This document shows, one piece after another, positions 28,723 to 38,825 of a DNA stretch of 64,000 nt. Source of the stretch: Bdellovibrionota bacterium FG-1 (GTDB lineage Bacteria; Bdellovibrionota; UBA1018); NCBI GenBank assembly GCA_051382295.1, contig JBBCAW010000002.1:1-64000 (forward strand). Direction: 5' to 3'. Under the pieces are notes generated by a model. It was not told the DNA's origin and made no database searches. It was given only the letters and a program-made list of their open reading frames with translations. Numbering within the stretch: position 1 is the stretch's first letter; the number at the start of each line of letters is the position of its first letter. A program made the translations under genes and the position numbers.

Positions 28723-29735
28723 TTAAGTGCCTCGAGTCCTTTGATTCCGCTAGAATCCCCGACATTGAGGAGGATACATTTTTTGTCTAGAGGCTGGGCG
28801 ATTCGCTTCATTAGGCCCGAGAGAACCTTTCCAGGGCCAAACTCAATGGCAGTCGTCGCCCCCGCCTCAAGCAAGGTCTTCATCGACTGATTCCACAAAA
28901 CAGAATGATCGATTTGTTCGACGAGCATTTCGAATACGATTCCGGCTTCGGTATTCAGCCGCCCGGTCCGATTAGGAATGTAGGGAAAACTCGGGGACTT
29001 AGGTCGGGCTGCCGCGAGACTATTGCCAAAAATCTCTTCCATTCGCTCGCGAGCGGGTCTCATCAGTCGGCAGTGAAAAGGTGCGCTCACCGAAAGGGGG
29101 ATGGCTTTGCCGCCGTCGAAGGAATCACCCGTTTTAACGAGTGCAATAGCTTCATTGACCGCGTCTAAAGAGCCGGCAATGACGGTTTGACCAGGGGAGT
29201 TGTAATTGGCGGGTTCAACAATGACTTCGACTGTGAGGTCAGGGTTTTCGCCGGAGCTTCGTTTGGTCTTGGCATTCTGGGTAGCGAGCTGACAAAGGCG
29301 CTCGATCGCGGCATCGTCAAGTCCCATGATGGCAGCCATGGTTCCTTGCCCTGCGGGTACGGCTTGTTGCATGGCTCGACCTCGTTCACGCACCCAAGAA
29401 ACAGCCGTGGCCAGCGGAAAAACGTTGGCTGCCACCAGCGCGGAGTATTCACCCAAGGAGTGGCCTGCGACGGCATCGGGGCGAAAACCCAGTTCTTTTT
29501 GCGCAACCCGAAACGCGGCGACAGAAGTGGTCAGGAGGCAGGGCTGGGTGTTTTCGGTGGCGGTGAGTTCGGCTTCAGGGCCCTCGAAGCACAATTTGCG
29601 AAGGTTGAGCTGAATGGCATCCGAGGCTTCTTCAAAAATTTCACGAACCACTTTGAAGTTAGCGTAAAGATCCTTGGCCATCCCGACTTGTTGCGACCCT
29701 TGGCCTGGAAAAAGTGCGACCCGCGAAATCGACAT
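28719..29735 (-). CDS. fabD: Malonyl-CoA:ACP transacylase
   Basis: FPGQGSQ, GHSLGEY, VSAPFH, EFGPGKVL. Confidence 0.98.
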   Translation of the reverse strand: MSISRVALFPGQGSQQVGMAKDLYANFKVVREIFEEASDAIQLNLRKLCFEGPEAELTATENTQPCLLTTSVAAFRVAQKELGFRPDAVAGHSLGEYSALVAANVFPLATAVSWVRERGRAMQQAVPAGQGTMAAIMGLDDAAIERLCQLATQNAKTKRSSGENPDLTVEVIVEPANYNSPGQTVIAGSLDAVNEAIALVKTGDSFDGGKAIPLSVSAPFHCRLMRPARERMEEIFGNSLAAARPKSPSFPYIPNRTGRLNTEAGIVFEMLVEQIDHSVLWNQSMKTLLEAGATTAIEFGPGKVLSGLMKRIAQPLDKKCILLNVGDSSGIKGLEALK

Positions 29736-29741
29736 AGTTTT

Positions 29742-30764
29742 TTACCACCTCAATAAGACTGATCCAAAAGTCAGACCGGCGCCAAACGCATCCAGCAATA
29801 CCAGTTGTCCTGGTTGAATCCTTCCATCGCGGACGGCTTCGTCCAGTGCGGTGGGTATGGTGGCCGCCGATGAGTTACCGTAGCGATCGAGGTTCACGAT
29901 CACCTTTTCCATCGGAAAATTCAAACGTTTGGCCACGGCCTCAATGATTCGAAGATTAGCTTGATGGGGGATCATCCAATCGAGTTGCGCTATGTTCAGT
30001 TGGTTGGTTTCAAGGGCTTTGGCCGCAAAATCAGACAAGGTTCGAACGGCGACCTTGAAAATTTCTTTTCCCTTCATTTGCATTTTATCGAGCTTGAGGG
30101 CCTGAACTTCTGGGGTGATCTCAAGATTGGAGCCCCCCGCCACCACATGAAAAAGATCCCAGAGGTTGCCATCACTTTCCATGTGACTTGAAAGAATACG
30201 TCGGGGATCTTGGGCGTGGGTCCGCTCGACCACGACGGCCCCGGCGCCATCTCCAAATAAAATGCACGACGTGCGATCATCCCAGTCGGTGAGGCTGCTC
30301 AGAATTTCGGATCCTACGACCAAGATAGTTCGAGCGCTTCCGGATTGAATAAATTGACTGGCCGTCGCTAAGGAGTAGACAAAGCCGGAGCAGGCGGCGT
30401 TGACGTCAAAGGTCCAGGCGCGTTTTGCGCCGAGTTTTTTTTGTAGCCAGCAACCTGTCGACGGAATGGGCGTGTCGGGGGTGCAGGTGGCGTAAATAAT
30501 CTGGTCGATGTCGAGTGGGGTTTTCCCCGCCATTTCAAGCGCTCTTTGAGCCGCGATCAGGGCGAGTGAGGAGTTTTGTTCCGCGGGATTGCCGCGTTCC
30601 GCAATCCTTCGTTCCTGAATCCCTGTGCGGTCTCGAATCCATTCGTCACTGGTATCGAGCTTTTTGGAAAGGTCATGATTCGTGAGACGGGTTTTTGGAA
30701 AATGACTTCCCGTGCCTGTAATTCTTGCGGCAAAAGAAGAGTGGGTGGTTGGATCCATCATCAT
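29742..30764 (-). CDS. fabH: 3-oxoacyl-ACP synthase III
   Basis: AACSGF, FGDGAGA, PHQANLRII, GNSSAA. Confidence 0.98.
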   Translation of the reverse strand: MMMDPTTHSSFAARITGTGSHFPKTRLTNHDLSKKLDTSDEWIRDRTGIQERRIAERGNPAEQNSSLALIAAQRALEMAGKTPLDIDQIIYATCTPDTPIPSTGCWLQKKLGAKRAWTFDVNAACSGFVYSLATASQFIQSGSARTILVVGSEILSSLTDWDDRTSCILFGDGAGAVVVERTHAQDPRRILSSHMESDGNLWDLFHVVAGGSNLEITPEVQALKLDKMQMKGKEIFKVAVRTLSDFAAKALETNQLNIAQLDWMIPHQANLRIIEAVAKRLNFPMEKVIVNLDRYGNSSAATIPTALDEAVRDGRIQPGQLVLLDAFGAGLTFGSVLLRW

Positions 30765-30772
30765 GAGTTCTG

Positions 30773-31900
30773 CTAGGGGTTCGGTTTATTGGGTGAATTC
30801 ATTTGGAGCGCCCCCTCCAGGCGTTCCACCAGTCCCTGATCGAGGGCCGAATGCGCTCTTAAAAGAGCATTCTTGATCGCTCTGGGATTGCTTCGACCAT
30901 GACAGATAAAGGCGTAACCTGCCACCCCTAAAAGGGGGGCGGCTCCATATTCGGCGTAGTCCAATTTTCGTTTGAGCTTTCTAAAAGCGTTCGCTGCCAG
31001 TAAAAAGCCCAGGGGCGTGAGAAAGCCACTTTTGACTTCTTGTTTGAGTAGGGTCACCACGGCGGATCCAAGTCCCTCAAGTGACTTAAGTACGACGTTT
31101 CCTACAAAGCCGTCTGTGACCACGACATCGACTTTTCCCTTAAAAATCTCTTTTCCTTCGGCGTAACCCACAAACTGTGCGAGCTGACTCGGGCCATCCT
31201 TGAAGCAGGCCAAGGATTCGATGCTTTCGAGGGCGGCGCGAGTGAGTTCATTGCCTTTGGTTCGTTCCTCACCGTTAGAAAGAATTCCTACTCGCGGTAC
31301 GCCGGGAGTGACTTTTTCAACCTGCGCAAAAAGCGCACCCATCACGGCAAAGTCTCGCAGATGATGGGGCTTGCAATCGACATTAGCCCCGACATCTAGA
31401 ATCACACAACCATTGGGGCTTAAAGTGGGAAGTTTAACGCAAATGGCTGGGCGTTCCACGCCCGGCAGGCGTCCCATATGTAAAAGTGCAGCGACCATTA
31501 AAGCGCCAGAGTGCCCGGCGCTTATAAACGCCGTTCGAACGGAACGGTCCTGCGTTTTGTAATCTTGAGCCGCTATTTGGCAGCCGAGATTGAGGGTGGC
31601 CGTGGGCTTGCTACGGATGGTGCGGATGGAGTCCTCCATCTCAATTTGGACATCCGAGTGAAGAAGCGAGACCTGATATTTTGATTTCTGAGGCGAATCC
31701 AGGGCTTCGAGTAAGGGGCGTAAATGCCTGTTTTTAGCTAGTAATGGGCGTATTTTCGTCTCGTCGCCCAGTAAAACGAGCGCAACGCCTTTTTTTTGAA
31801 GTTCCGGTAATGCCCTCAGTGCTCCCTCAAGCGGGGTCATAGGGGCGTGATCGCCCCCCATGACATCGAGGATCAGTCGTGTCGAAAAAGTGGAGCCCAA
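30773..31900 (-). CDS. plsX: Phosphate acyltransferase PlsX
   Basis: LDVMGGDHAP, LDVGAN, DGFVGNVVLK, HGRS. Confidence 0.97.
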   Translation of the reverse strand: MGSTFSTRLILDVMGGDHAPMTPLEGALRALPELQKKGVALVLLGDETKIRPLLAKNRHLRPLLEALDSPQKSKYQVSLLHSDVQIEMEDSIRTIRSKPTATLNLGCQIAAQDYKTQDRSVRTAFISAGHSGALMVAALLHMGRLPGVERPAICVKLPTLSPNGCVILDVGANVDCKPHHLRDFAVMGALFAQVEKVTPGVPRVGILSNGEERTKGNELTRAALESIESLACFKDGPSQLAQFVGYAEGKEIFKGKVDVVVTDGFVGNVVLKSLEGLGSAVVTLLKQEVKSGFLTPLGFLLAANAFRKLKRKLDYAEYGAAPLLGVAGYAFICHGRSNPRAIKNALLRAHSALDQGLVERLEGALQMNSPNKPNP

Positions 31901-31902
31901 AA

Positions 31903-32100
31903 TTAAGCTTGAGCTTGAGTCCGGGGCGAAGCCATCACTTGCTTACCGGCGTAAGAGCCGCAAGCGCAGACTCGATGGGGCCGAGTGGGTTCGTTGCAAC
32001 CTAGGCAGGCAGTCGTGGTGGTTTTACCGAGCTTATTGCCCGCTGCGAATCGACGCATATTGCGGCGGCTGCGTGAAATTTTCTTTTTAGGTGTTGCCAT
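31903..32100 (-). CDS. rpmF: 50S ribosomal protein L32 (Zn-ribbon Cys residues present)
   Basis: MATPKKKISRSRRNMRR...CLGC...PHRVCACGSY. Confidence 0.96.
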   Translation of the reverse strand: MATPKKKISRSRRNMRRFAAGNKLGKTTTTACLGCNEPTRPHRVCACGSYAGKQVMASPRTQAQA

Positions 32101-32130
32101 GATATCTCCTACAAAACGATAAAATCAGTA

Positions 32131-32802
32131 TTAAAGTTTTAGATCACGAAGGACCGAAAACGGCTGCGATTGGGCAATCTTCGCACAAGCGCAGCGCCCG
32201 GTGTTGAGATCGGCGCCGCACTGAGTGCACATTCCTTTACAATCCGTCTGACAGAGGGGTTGAAATGGCACTTGCAGCTGAAGATGCTCAGTTAAGACCT
32301 CGCTGAGGTCAATGTAATCGTCTGATAAATAAGTAATGTCAAGATCTTTGCCTTCAGAAATTGCACGATCTGAAGATGCATCATGGGCATGGCGGGCAAA
32401 ACCTTGGTTTTGGCCTGCTGGGCGGTTCGACTCTGTCAGATGGCCGACTCCTGCCATGACGGGATCTTTACAAAACAGGCCTGAGAAACCGGGGTGGCAT
32501 TCCAAGTTAAACGGAACAGCGCACCTGCTGCAAACGAGCTTAACGCTTGTGTCAATATGTCCTGAAATAACAATGACTTCATCTACTTTTCTGAGCGAAA
32601 AATGCACAGAGACAGGGCGTGGAGGGGATAGGGCTGGAAGGGCATGTGCTAGGTTTTCGCTTCGGAATTGCTGAAAGTCTCTGACGGCATCATCATCTTG
32701 AGCCTCGTCAACGCGCTCAACAGATTGAATCACCCAAGGCTCGTTTTCGGTAAAATCGAGCTCCGTTTCCAGGTCAGTAATTTCTTGCAAATAAATCTTC
32801 AT
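32131..32802 (-). CDS. yceD: DUF177/YceD family protein
   Basis: CSRC, PLCQTDCKGMCTQCGADLN; lies upstream of rpmF. Confidence 0.93.
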   Translation of the reverse strand: MKIYLQEITDLETELDFTENEPWVIQSVERVDEAQDDDAVRDFQQFRSENLAHALPALSPPRPVSVHFSLRKVDEVIVISGHIDTSVKLVCSRCAVPFNLECHPGFSGLFCKDPVMAGVGHLTESNRPAGQNQGFARHAHDASSDRAISEGKDLDITYLSDDYIDLSEVLTEHLQLQVPFQPLCQTDCKGMCTQCGADLNTGRCACAKIAQSQPFSVLRDLKL

Positions 32803-32846
32803 AGCTAAGGGTTCGAACACTAGCCTTCGATACAAGATGAGTCAAA

Positions 32847-33884
32847 TCAAAAAATAGTCCGGCTAAAAAGAGGCTGAAACGATACCTTTTGGCTCTGGGC
32901 TGGCTTCTTCGTGACATTCCATTTTACTGAAAAATGGTGTTCAAGCAGCGGGACTAGATGGTCAAGTCCTAAATATTTCAGAGGAATGGTGGTCAGGCTA
33001 GGAATTTCGGCTTGAACGAGTTGCCATCCAGAGCGCCCGGTATGGATCATTTGAGTTTCAATCCAATGAGCAAAGGCATCAGAAAGTAACAACCCCCCTC
33101 CGGCTATCAGACCATCCGAAGTTCGGCAGGCGCCATTTTTGAGCTGGATTTTGTGGTTTCCAAAAGGATGCCAACTTCCCGGGCGGGTACCGGTGGCATT
33201 GACGCAATCCGAAACATAGCAAATGCCTGAGTTTCCATGAATTGCTTGGGTCCATCGCAGGATAGGTGCCGCCACATGGACTTGGTCCAAAATCAGCTCA
33301 ACGGTGACATCTGGGCGACCTAATGCTGCACCGAGGGTTCCTGTGTCGCGGTGATGAAAAGACAATGCGTTCCAAGCATGGGTCACTCCACAAACCCCTG
33401 CATCAAAAGCCGTTTTAGCTTGATCGAACGTCGCTTGGGAGTGTCCTATGGATAGGATAATTTGACGCTTTTTAGTCCACTGGCGGACTGCTTTGAGAGC
33501 GGTGATTGAAAGCTGTTCGGGCGCGAGGGTGATGATTTTGAGTGTATGTTGGCTGTCTTCCCAAAGGGCATCCAGTTCCTTGATTTGAAGCGGGCGGATC
33601 GCCCGAAGGGAGTGTGCGCCTCTTGCATCTGGATTAATGTAGGGGCCTTCCAGATGAATGCCGAGCGGGAGCGCCCCCTGTTCGGGGCGGGCTGCAATAA
33701 TCCAGGCTCCCAGCCGCCGAACGGCCGGGCGTAGCTCAGAAAGGGGTGCTGAGAGAGTGGTTGCACAAAAGGCCGCAATGCCAGACTGGGCAAGGCGCAC
33801 CGAAAGGTTTCGTAAGTCAATCGCACCGGCCGTCATGAGGTCAGTTCCGAAGGCACCGTGAAAATGGATATCCACTGCCCCCAT
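32847..33884 (-). CDS. nagA: N-acetylglucosamine-6-phosphate deacetylase (start may be 33953)
   Basis: DIHFHG, GIHLEGPY, TLAPE, GHS, THAWN, HV, VSD. Confidence 0.88.
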   Translation of the reverse strand: MGAVDIHFHGAFGTDLMTAGAIDLRNLSVRLAQSGIAAFCATTLSAPLSELRPAVRRLGAWIIAARPEQGALPLGIHLEGPYINPDARGAHSLRAIRPLQIKELDALWEDSQHTLKIITLAPEQLSITALKAVRQWTKKRQIILSIGHSQATFDQAKTAFDAGVCGVTHAWNALSFHHRDTGTLGAALGRPDVTVELILDQVHVAAPILRWTQAIHGNSGICYVSDCVNATGTRPGSWHPFGNHKIQLKNGACRTSDGLIAGGGLLLSDAFAHWIETQMIHTGRSGWQLVQAEIPSLTTIPLKYLGLDHLVPLLEHHFSVKWNVTKKPAQSQKVSFQPLFSRTIF

Positions 33885-33982
33885 AGTTTTCAGGGGCTTG
33901 GATATGGTTTTAGTCTTGACGGCGCTTTTGCGGCGTGGCACGCAAACAGACATATCACGAATTAGAAAAAAGGCTCTACTCA

Positions 33983-34828
33983 ATGGCGGCAAATAAAGGT
34001 TCCTCTCATTCAAAACCAACCTCGAAGACTCAGGGGCAAAAAACCCGTGCCAAGGAGCCTCAAAAAGGTTCAAAGCTGGCGGCCTTGAAGTCAGCGATTT
34101 TTGGGGCGGCCAAGCACAAGGCTCAAGTGACTCGGCATGCACATGCACATGCGCCGGCCAAAGGGCATGTCAAGGTTGAAAAAAGGGATCATAAGCCTCT
34201 TGCTAGGGGCTTCCATAAAAGCAAGGGCGTCGCTGAACACGACACTAGCAAGAAGGGCCTGCACGAAAAGGCGGCACCTGCCCCTAAAGAATCATCCGCT
34301 AAGACCACTTCTAAGAGTGGTACGCATAAACCCTCTGCTGCATCGAAGTCGGCCTCTTCGGCGAATCATGACCCCCTTCACCGCAAGGCACCTGGCACGG
34401 GGCGTGGTAAAAAGGCAGTTCAGGTTAACGCTGCAACAAGTTATGGCATCAATCTAGGTTCAGGTCGGATCAGCTATGATTCTAATGGTGAAGCCGTTTG
34501 CCGAGAAGTCGCCTGCGAGGGTTTGGCGACCTCGAATGGTTATTGCCGATTACATTACATCAAAAATTGGAAAAAAATTAAGCGCAAAGAAGTCATCTTA
34601 AAAGAGGGTAAGTTGAACCAGTACATCGAAGAACTGGTGGTCAAATATCCTGAGAAATACATTGAAGCGATTCGCCAAGATCTCGCCAATGACAAGGATT
34701 TTGCCAAGGTGATCTACGATCTGGATCTCGATGAATCCGTCGATGATTTTGACGCCGAAGGTGAGTCGGTGGATGCTGTGATTGGCGATATCAAGCGCGA
34801 CTTCGATGATGAAGGCGACGGCTTTTAA
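33983..34828 (+). CDS. Hypothetical protein with Lys/His-rich N-terminus, C-x4-C-x9-C-x2-H motif and acidic tail
   Basis: Residue composition and CREVACEGLATSNGYCRLH. Confidence 0.8.
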   Translation: MAANKGSSHSKPTSKTQGQKTRAKEPQKGSKLAALKSAIFGAAKHKAQVTRHAHAHAPAKGHVKVEKRDHKPLARGFHKSKGVAEHDTSKKGLHEKAAPAPKESSAKTTSKSGTHKPSAASKSASSANHDPLHRKAPGTGRGKKAVQVNAATSYGINLGSGRISYDSNGEAVCREVACEGLATSNGYCRLHYIKNWKKIKRKEVILKEGKLNQYIEELVVKYPEKYIEAIRQDLANDKDFAKVIYDLDLDESVDDFDAEGESVDAVIGDIKRDFDDEGDGF

Positions 34829-34844
34829 GCTCCGCCTTTTTTAA

Positions 34845-35435
34845 TCAATGGCGTGTTTTATTGGAAGGCCCCGTGACAAAGAGCTTTTCGGTGGCTTCGT
34901 GGTCTTCGCTTTCCTCGGCAAGGGCGCTGGGATCGTTCTGACGAAGCCATTCATTCGCCAAATGCTCTAGGTGGGGGTTGGCTTTGTCCATTTTGATAAA
35001 AATGCGGTACCGCTCTTGTTTCACTTCAGTCCAGTGAAACGGAATATTATCCAGCGCGGACAATGAGTGGGAAGCGAGTTGCTCCAGTGTTTCTGGCTTT
35101 TCAGGATCTAAAAGCGGGTCAAAGACCAAGCCAATCGCGTCCACGCAAGCCGATAGCAGATCCTGCACGGTAGGTGTACTTGCTTTGGGATCAAAATCCG
35201 TGCTGGCGTAAAAAGTGGTGGCGGCTAACTGGTCTTCTTCTAATAATGAAATCGCGAGCACCACTTCGTCCACGAAAACCCCGCCACTGGCCTCAAAAAA
35301 GAGCTTCCCATTGACTTGACCTTGGAGGGCCTGAAGCCCAGCGTCAAAATTGGTAGTAAAAACCTCTGCCACCATCTTGAGATAGTCTGCGGGGAGGGGG
35401 CTAGAGCGACGAAGATCACCTTTTCTGCGTTCCAT
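34845..35435 (-). CDS. Hypothetical protein
   Basis: ORF from ATG MERRK; the longer track start overlaps the protease gene. Confidence 0.75.
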   Translation of the reverse strand: MERRKGDLRRSSPLPADYLKMVAEVFTTNFDAGLQALQGQVNGKLFFEASGGVFVDEVVLAISLLEEDQLAATTFYASTDFDPKASTPTVQDLLSACVDAIGLVFDPLLDPEKPETLEQLASHSLSALDNIPFHWTEVKQERYRIFIKMDKANPHLEHLANEWLRQNDPSALAEESEDHEATEKLFVTGPSNKTRH

Positions 35436-35478
35436 AGACGGTTTCCATATGAAATCACGCTTGAAAACGCAATTATAA

Positions 35479-36588
35479 TTACAGAATCCCAGCAGGGAGC
35501 TTTTCGATTCGTGGCAGCTCTTCGAGCTGAATCTTGATTTCGAGGGGCTTTTGCCTACGGTAAATCTTGATGACCACAAAATCTTTCGGTTTATGCTTGG
35601 CTAGGTTTTTTTCAACGTCAAAGGGTTCCTGAATAGCGATCCCATTGATCTGGGTAATGATATCGCCGCTCTGTAATCCTCGGTTTTCGCTGGGGCCTCC
35701 TTCGATGAGATGGGTGATCAACACACCTTGAGAAGTCGCGAGGTTATAATATTGGGCAATTTGCGGTGTCATTCTTTGGCCTAAAATCCCGAGCCAGGGC
35801 CTGGGCACGCGTCCGTAACGTTTGAGGGTCGGGATGAGAGTTTTTGCGACGTTGACCGGAATCGCGAAGCCGATTCCGCCGCTTTGGCCTGTTCGAGAGT
35901 AGATGACGGTATTAATTCCGATCACTTCGCCCTTGAGGTTAAAAAGCGGTCCGCCCGAATTGCCGGGATTAATGGAGGCATCGGTTTGTAAGAAATCGTC
36001 AAAAGGTCCTTGGCCGATAGTCCGATTTTTTGCGCTAATGATGCCCAGGGTGACGGTATGCTGAAGTCCAAAAGGGTTGCCCACCGCAAAAACGCTTTCA
36101 GCGATCCTTAAACGATCCGAATCTCCGAGGGGGACCGGACTTAAGTTTGCCGGGACTTTGTGCTCTTTGTCGCGAATTTGGAGGAGGGCTAGATCCATCT
36201 TTTGGTCTTTGCCGATGATTTTGGCTTTGAATTCACGTTTATCGTAAAAGGTCACCTGCACTTCGGTAGCGTGTTCGACGACGTGGTTATTTGTCAGGAT
36301 AAAGCCGTCTGGGTCGATAATAAAACCAGAGCCCAGCGAAGTTTGCTTTTCTTGGTGTTCTTGGGGAAGCCCCCAGAAACGCAAAAAATCCTCCATGCCA
36401 TAGACTTGGTAGTCAATGACCGTGGTTGAGCTGATATTGACCACGCCGGGCAGGACTTTTTCGACCAAATCGGGCAGGTCGGTGGGTGCCAGAGGGGCGC
36501 TCCAAGCTGTGGCATTCCAAACTGAAGCCATCGTGAGCGCTAAAAGGCCAAAATGGAAAGAAGAGCCGAAGGGAATTAAGCAGCGCAT
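35479..36588 (-). CDS. HtrA/DegP-family serine protease with one PDZ domain
   Basis: GSGFII, TNNHVV, DLALL, QTDASINPGNSGGPL. Confidence 0.95.
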   Translation of the reverse strand: MRCLIPFGSSFHFGLLALTMASVWNATAWSAPLAPTDLPDLVEKVLPGVVNISSTTVIDYQVYGMEDFLRFWGLPQEHQEKQTSLGSGFIIDPDGFILTNNHVVEHATEVQVTFYDKREFKAKIIGKDQKMDLALLQIRDKEHKVPANLSPVPLGDSDRLRIAESVFAVGNPFGLQHTVTLGIISAKNRTIGQGPFDDFLQTDASINPGNSGGPLFNLKGEVIGINTVIYSRTGQSGGIGFAIPVNVAKTLIPTLKRYGRVPRPWLGILGQRMTPQIAQYYNLATSQGVLITHLIEGGPSENRGLQSGDIITQINGIAIQEPFDVEKNLAKHKPKDFVVIKIYRRQKPLEIKIQLEELPRIEKLPAGIL

Positions 36589-36609
36589 TGCCTCTTAATA
36601 ACGGGGAGT

Positions 36610-37101
36610 TCAGGGGTTGTAAACGCTTGGGTTGATGCTTTCGCGAAATTGGGATTCCAGCACGATAGGCGCGACGGTAGAGGCCTCGGGTTTCTCTATT
36701 TTCCAGACGCCACCCACGCGCTTGAGTTCAAAAACAACCGACTGGTCTCTGTCTTGTAAGGGAACCCGGGTGCCATGGGCATCTCCCACTGCCAGCATCG
36801 TGTAATGCACGGTGATAGAGACATGGTTTTTGTCGTGTCCGATCCACTCGCTCGGACCTAGGTGATAATCCTTTGCAATAAAAAAGGAATCTAGGTTAGG
36901 GGCTTCTTTCCAGAAAGTGAAAGCCTTCCGTTCTGCATCCAGCAGGCCTGACCAAACAAAACCCGAGGCATCGCGAGCGCAATAATAGGCGACGACTTCG
37001 TCTGGGGTCTTGAAAGTGTTATTGACGCGGAGTTGCTCGGTTGATCCGGCCAGTGCATGAGTGGACAGCAACAAAAGTCCAAAAAAGAGAGTTCTTTTCA
37101 T
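36610..37101 (-). CDS. Secreted hypothetical protein (possible NTF2-like fold)
   Basis: Signal peptide; C-terminal VVFELKRVGGVWKI; 4-nt overlap with the upstream gene. Confidence 0.75.
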   Translation of the reverse strand: MKRTLFFGLLLLSTHALAGSTEQLRVNNTFKTPDEVVAYYCARDASGFVWSGLLDAERKAFTFWKEAPNLDSFFIAKDYHLGPSEWIGHDKNHVSITVHYTMLAVGDAHGTRVPLQDRDQSVVFELKRVGGVWKIEKPEASTVAPIVLESQFRESINPSVYNP

Positions 37102-38825
37102 TTGTGCGCCACTCCATGGTCTTTGTAAGCGCAGGCTCGGTTAGAGGTCGGTTTTAATCTCAGAAGATAAAGTCCGGGGCGAAGATAGCGTTCGCGGGCA
37201 TCTACCGGGTCGGCAGATAACGAAAAGCCTCGTTCTCGGATTCCGCCCGCGCTTTGAGCGGCTTCGATGACTTCGGCATGAAGCATTCGGGGATTGTAGC
37301 TCCGGATCAAAAAAATATGTCCAATAGGTTCAGTGAGCACCCGGTATACGAGAAGGTCTCCGGGGGCGAGGTCGTCGCCGGCGTAGACGTCTAGGGCGTA
37401 AAAACCTTGAGCGACCTCTTTAACCAGTTTCTCGCGTTCCGGGGTATAAATGGGCGGACGTTTAAAGTTCATGGTGCGGCGATAAGTCCACATCATTTTG
37501 TAGTCCAGCGTCGTAAACCGACCTTTGCGGAGATCTGCGGGCAAAATGGAACTCACAAAAGAGGAGCAGTCCATCGAGGTTGCACTTCCTCCGAGTACAT
37601 AACCATTATGTAATAAGACGGGGGAGTGGGTTTTGCCATTAGCGGCAATCACTTTTGGGCGCTCGACTAAGGAAAGTTGCGGGAGTAGGCGCGCGCGTTC
37701 TTGCGCGGGGAGCCCATTGAACATCACAAGACGGTTGGTTAAAGCGTCTGCGCTCGTGGCGGCTTGGCTGGGTGCGCGCCCTGGGCGGTCCCCAAAAATA
37801 TTAGCCAACGCGGCGGAACGGGCCAGGGGTCCCAGGACGGCGCTCGGCTCTTCGTTATTTTGAGGAGGCAGGATGCCTTGAAAGGGCGTTTGATCGCCCA
37901 GGGTGGGTTTATGGGTAGGTTGCTGATTGAGAGCGTCGAGTCCGAGTTGGGCTTTGTCGCGGGCATTGAGAAAAATATTTCTAAAGCGAGCGGCTTCGCT
38001 GGGGTCCAGTGAAGTGGATTGCGCATTTTGAAGGAGGTCAGCGGCGGAGCTCAAAGCCTTTTGCGCGCGACTCAAGTAAGGAGCCAAGGCCTGAGTGGGG
38101 AGTTCGCGATAGGGTTCCGCGACTGTCTGGTAATCCCGCCCGGCCTTCTGTTCGTTGGCTTGGTAAGCTGCGATGCCGGCTTCGACTAACTCGGTCCCGG
38201 CTGTATCATTGGCGATATCGGCCGCAGAGCTAAAGGTATCGATGAGATTACTATTGGCTTGCGCGGTGGTTCCTCCATTGACGGAAGGGGGAACATTAAA
38301 ATCAGCAGTTCCCGCTGCAACAGCTGGGGTTCTGGTAGCGGCGGCGGGCAGGTTAGTGGCGGCTACCGCAGCCGGGGCCCGCACGGGCGGCGGTTCTGGT
38401 GGGGCTGGCGGTTCCGGCGGAGTAAAAACAGGAACCGAAGGTAAGGCAAAATTGGTGCTGGTGCAATCCCCCGTGCCGTGGCCGCTCCCGAGGGCCGCCG
38501 CGAGTGGACGAAATGTTATGGTTGGGTTGAGTGAGGTGGATGAAGGGGCGGGTTCGACTGCTCTGGGATTCACTAAATAGGCATTTGAAGGGTGATCGAC
38601 TGGACGAACTTCTGCGGCATTCGAATCTTTTGGATTCATCCGCACCCAAGCCACAGTACCCGCTGGAATAGGGAGGCCACTCTCTACCGTGACGGCTTTG
38701 TCTCGGGGAAGGGCTAACGAATTCACCTTGCGAAGCTCAAACCCCTTTTCGGGAGGTTGTGGAAGATCACTCGCCCCGAGGAGGACGATTGCGACACTGA
38801 GCAAAGTGAACTTCGAGTGCCGCAT
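37098..38825 (-). CDS. Secreted protein with C-terminal NlpC/P60-like domain
   Basis: YVLGG...MDCSSFV, LAPGDLLVY, GHIF, IEAA; Pro/Ala linker. Confidence 0.7.
   Translation of the reverse strand: MRHSKFTLLSVAIVLLGASDLPQPPEKGFELRKVNSLALPRDKAVTVESGLPIPAGTVAWVRMNPKDSNAAEVRPVDHPSNAYLVNPRAVEPAPSSTSLNPTITFRPLAAALGSGHGTGDCTSTNFALPSVPVFTPPEPPAPPEPPPVRAPAAVAATNLPAAATRTPAVAAGTADFNVPPSVNGGTTAQANSNLIDTFSSAADIANDTAGTELVEAGIAAYQANEQKAGRDYQTVAEPYRELPTQALAPYLSRAQKALSSAADLLQNAQSTSLDPSEAARFRNIFLNARDKAQLGLDALNQQPTHKPTLGDQTPFQGILPPQNNEEPSAVLGPLARSAALANIFGDRPGRAPSQAATSADALTNRLVMFNGLPAQERARLLPQLSLVERPKVIAANGKTHSPVLLHNGYVLGGSATSMDCSSFVSSILPADLRKGRFTTLDYKMMWTYRRTMNFKRPPIYTPEREKLVKEVAQGFYALDVYAGDDLAPGDLLVYRVLTEPIGHIFLIRSYNPRMLHAEVIEAAQSAGGIRERGFSLSADPVDARERYLRPGLYLLRLKPTSNRACAYKDHGVAHK

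Noticed and set aside
17456..32100. Many 60-190 aa ORFs antisense to or nested in housekeeping genes
   Set aside because: Shadow ORFs with no motifs or RBS
33885..34148. Long N-terminal extension of nagA from the ORF track
   Set aside because: Overlaps the divergent gene at 33983; recognisable NagA motifs begin near 33884
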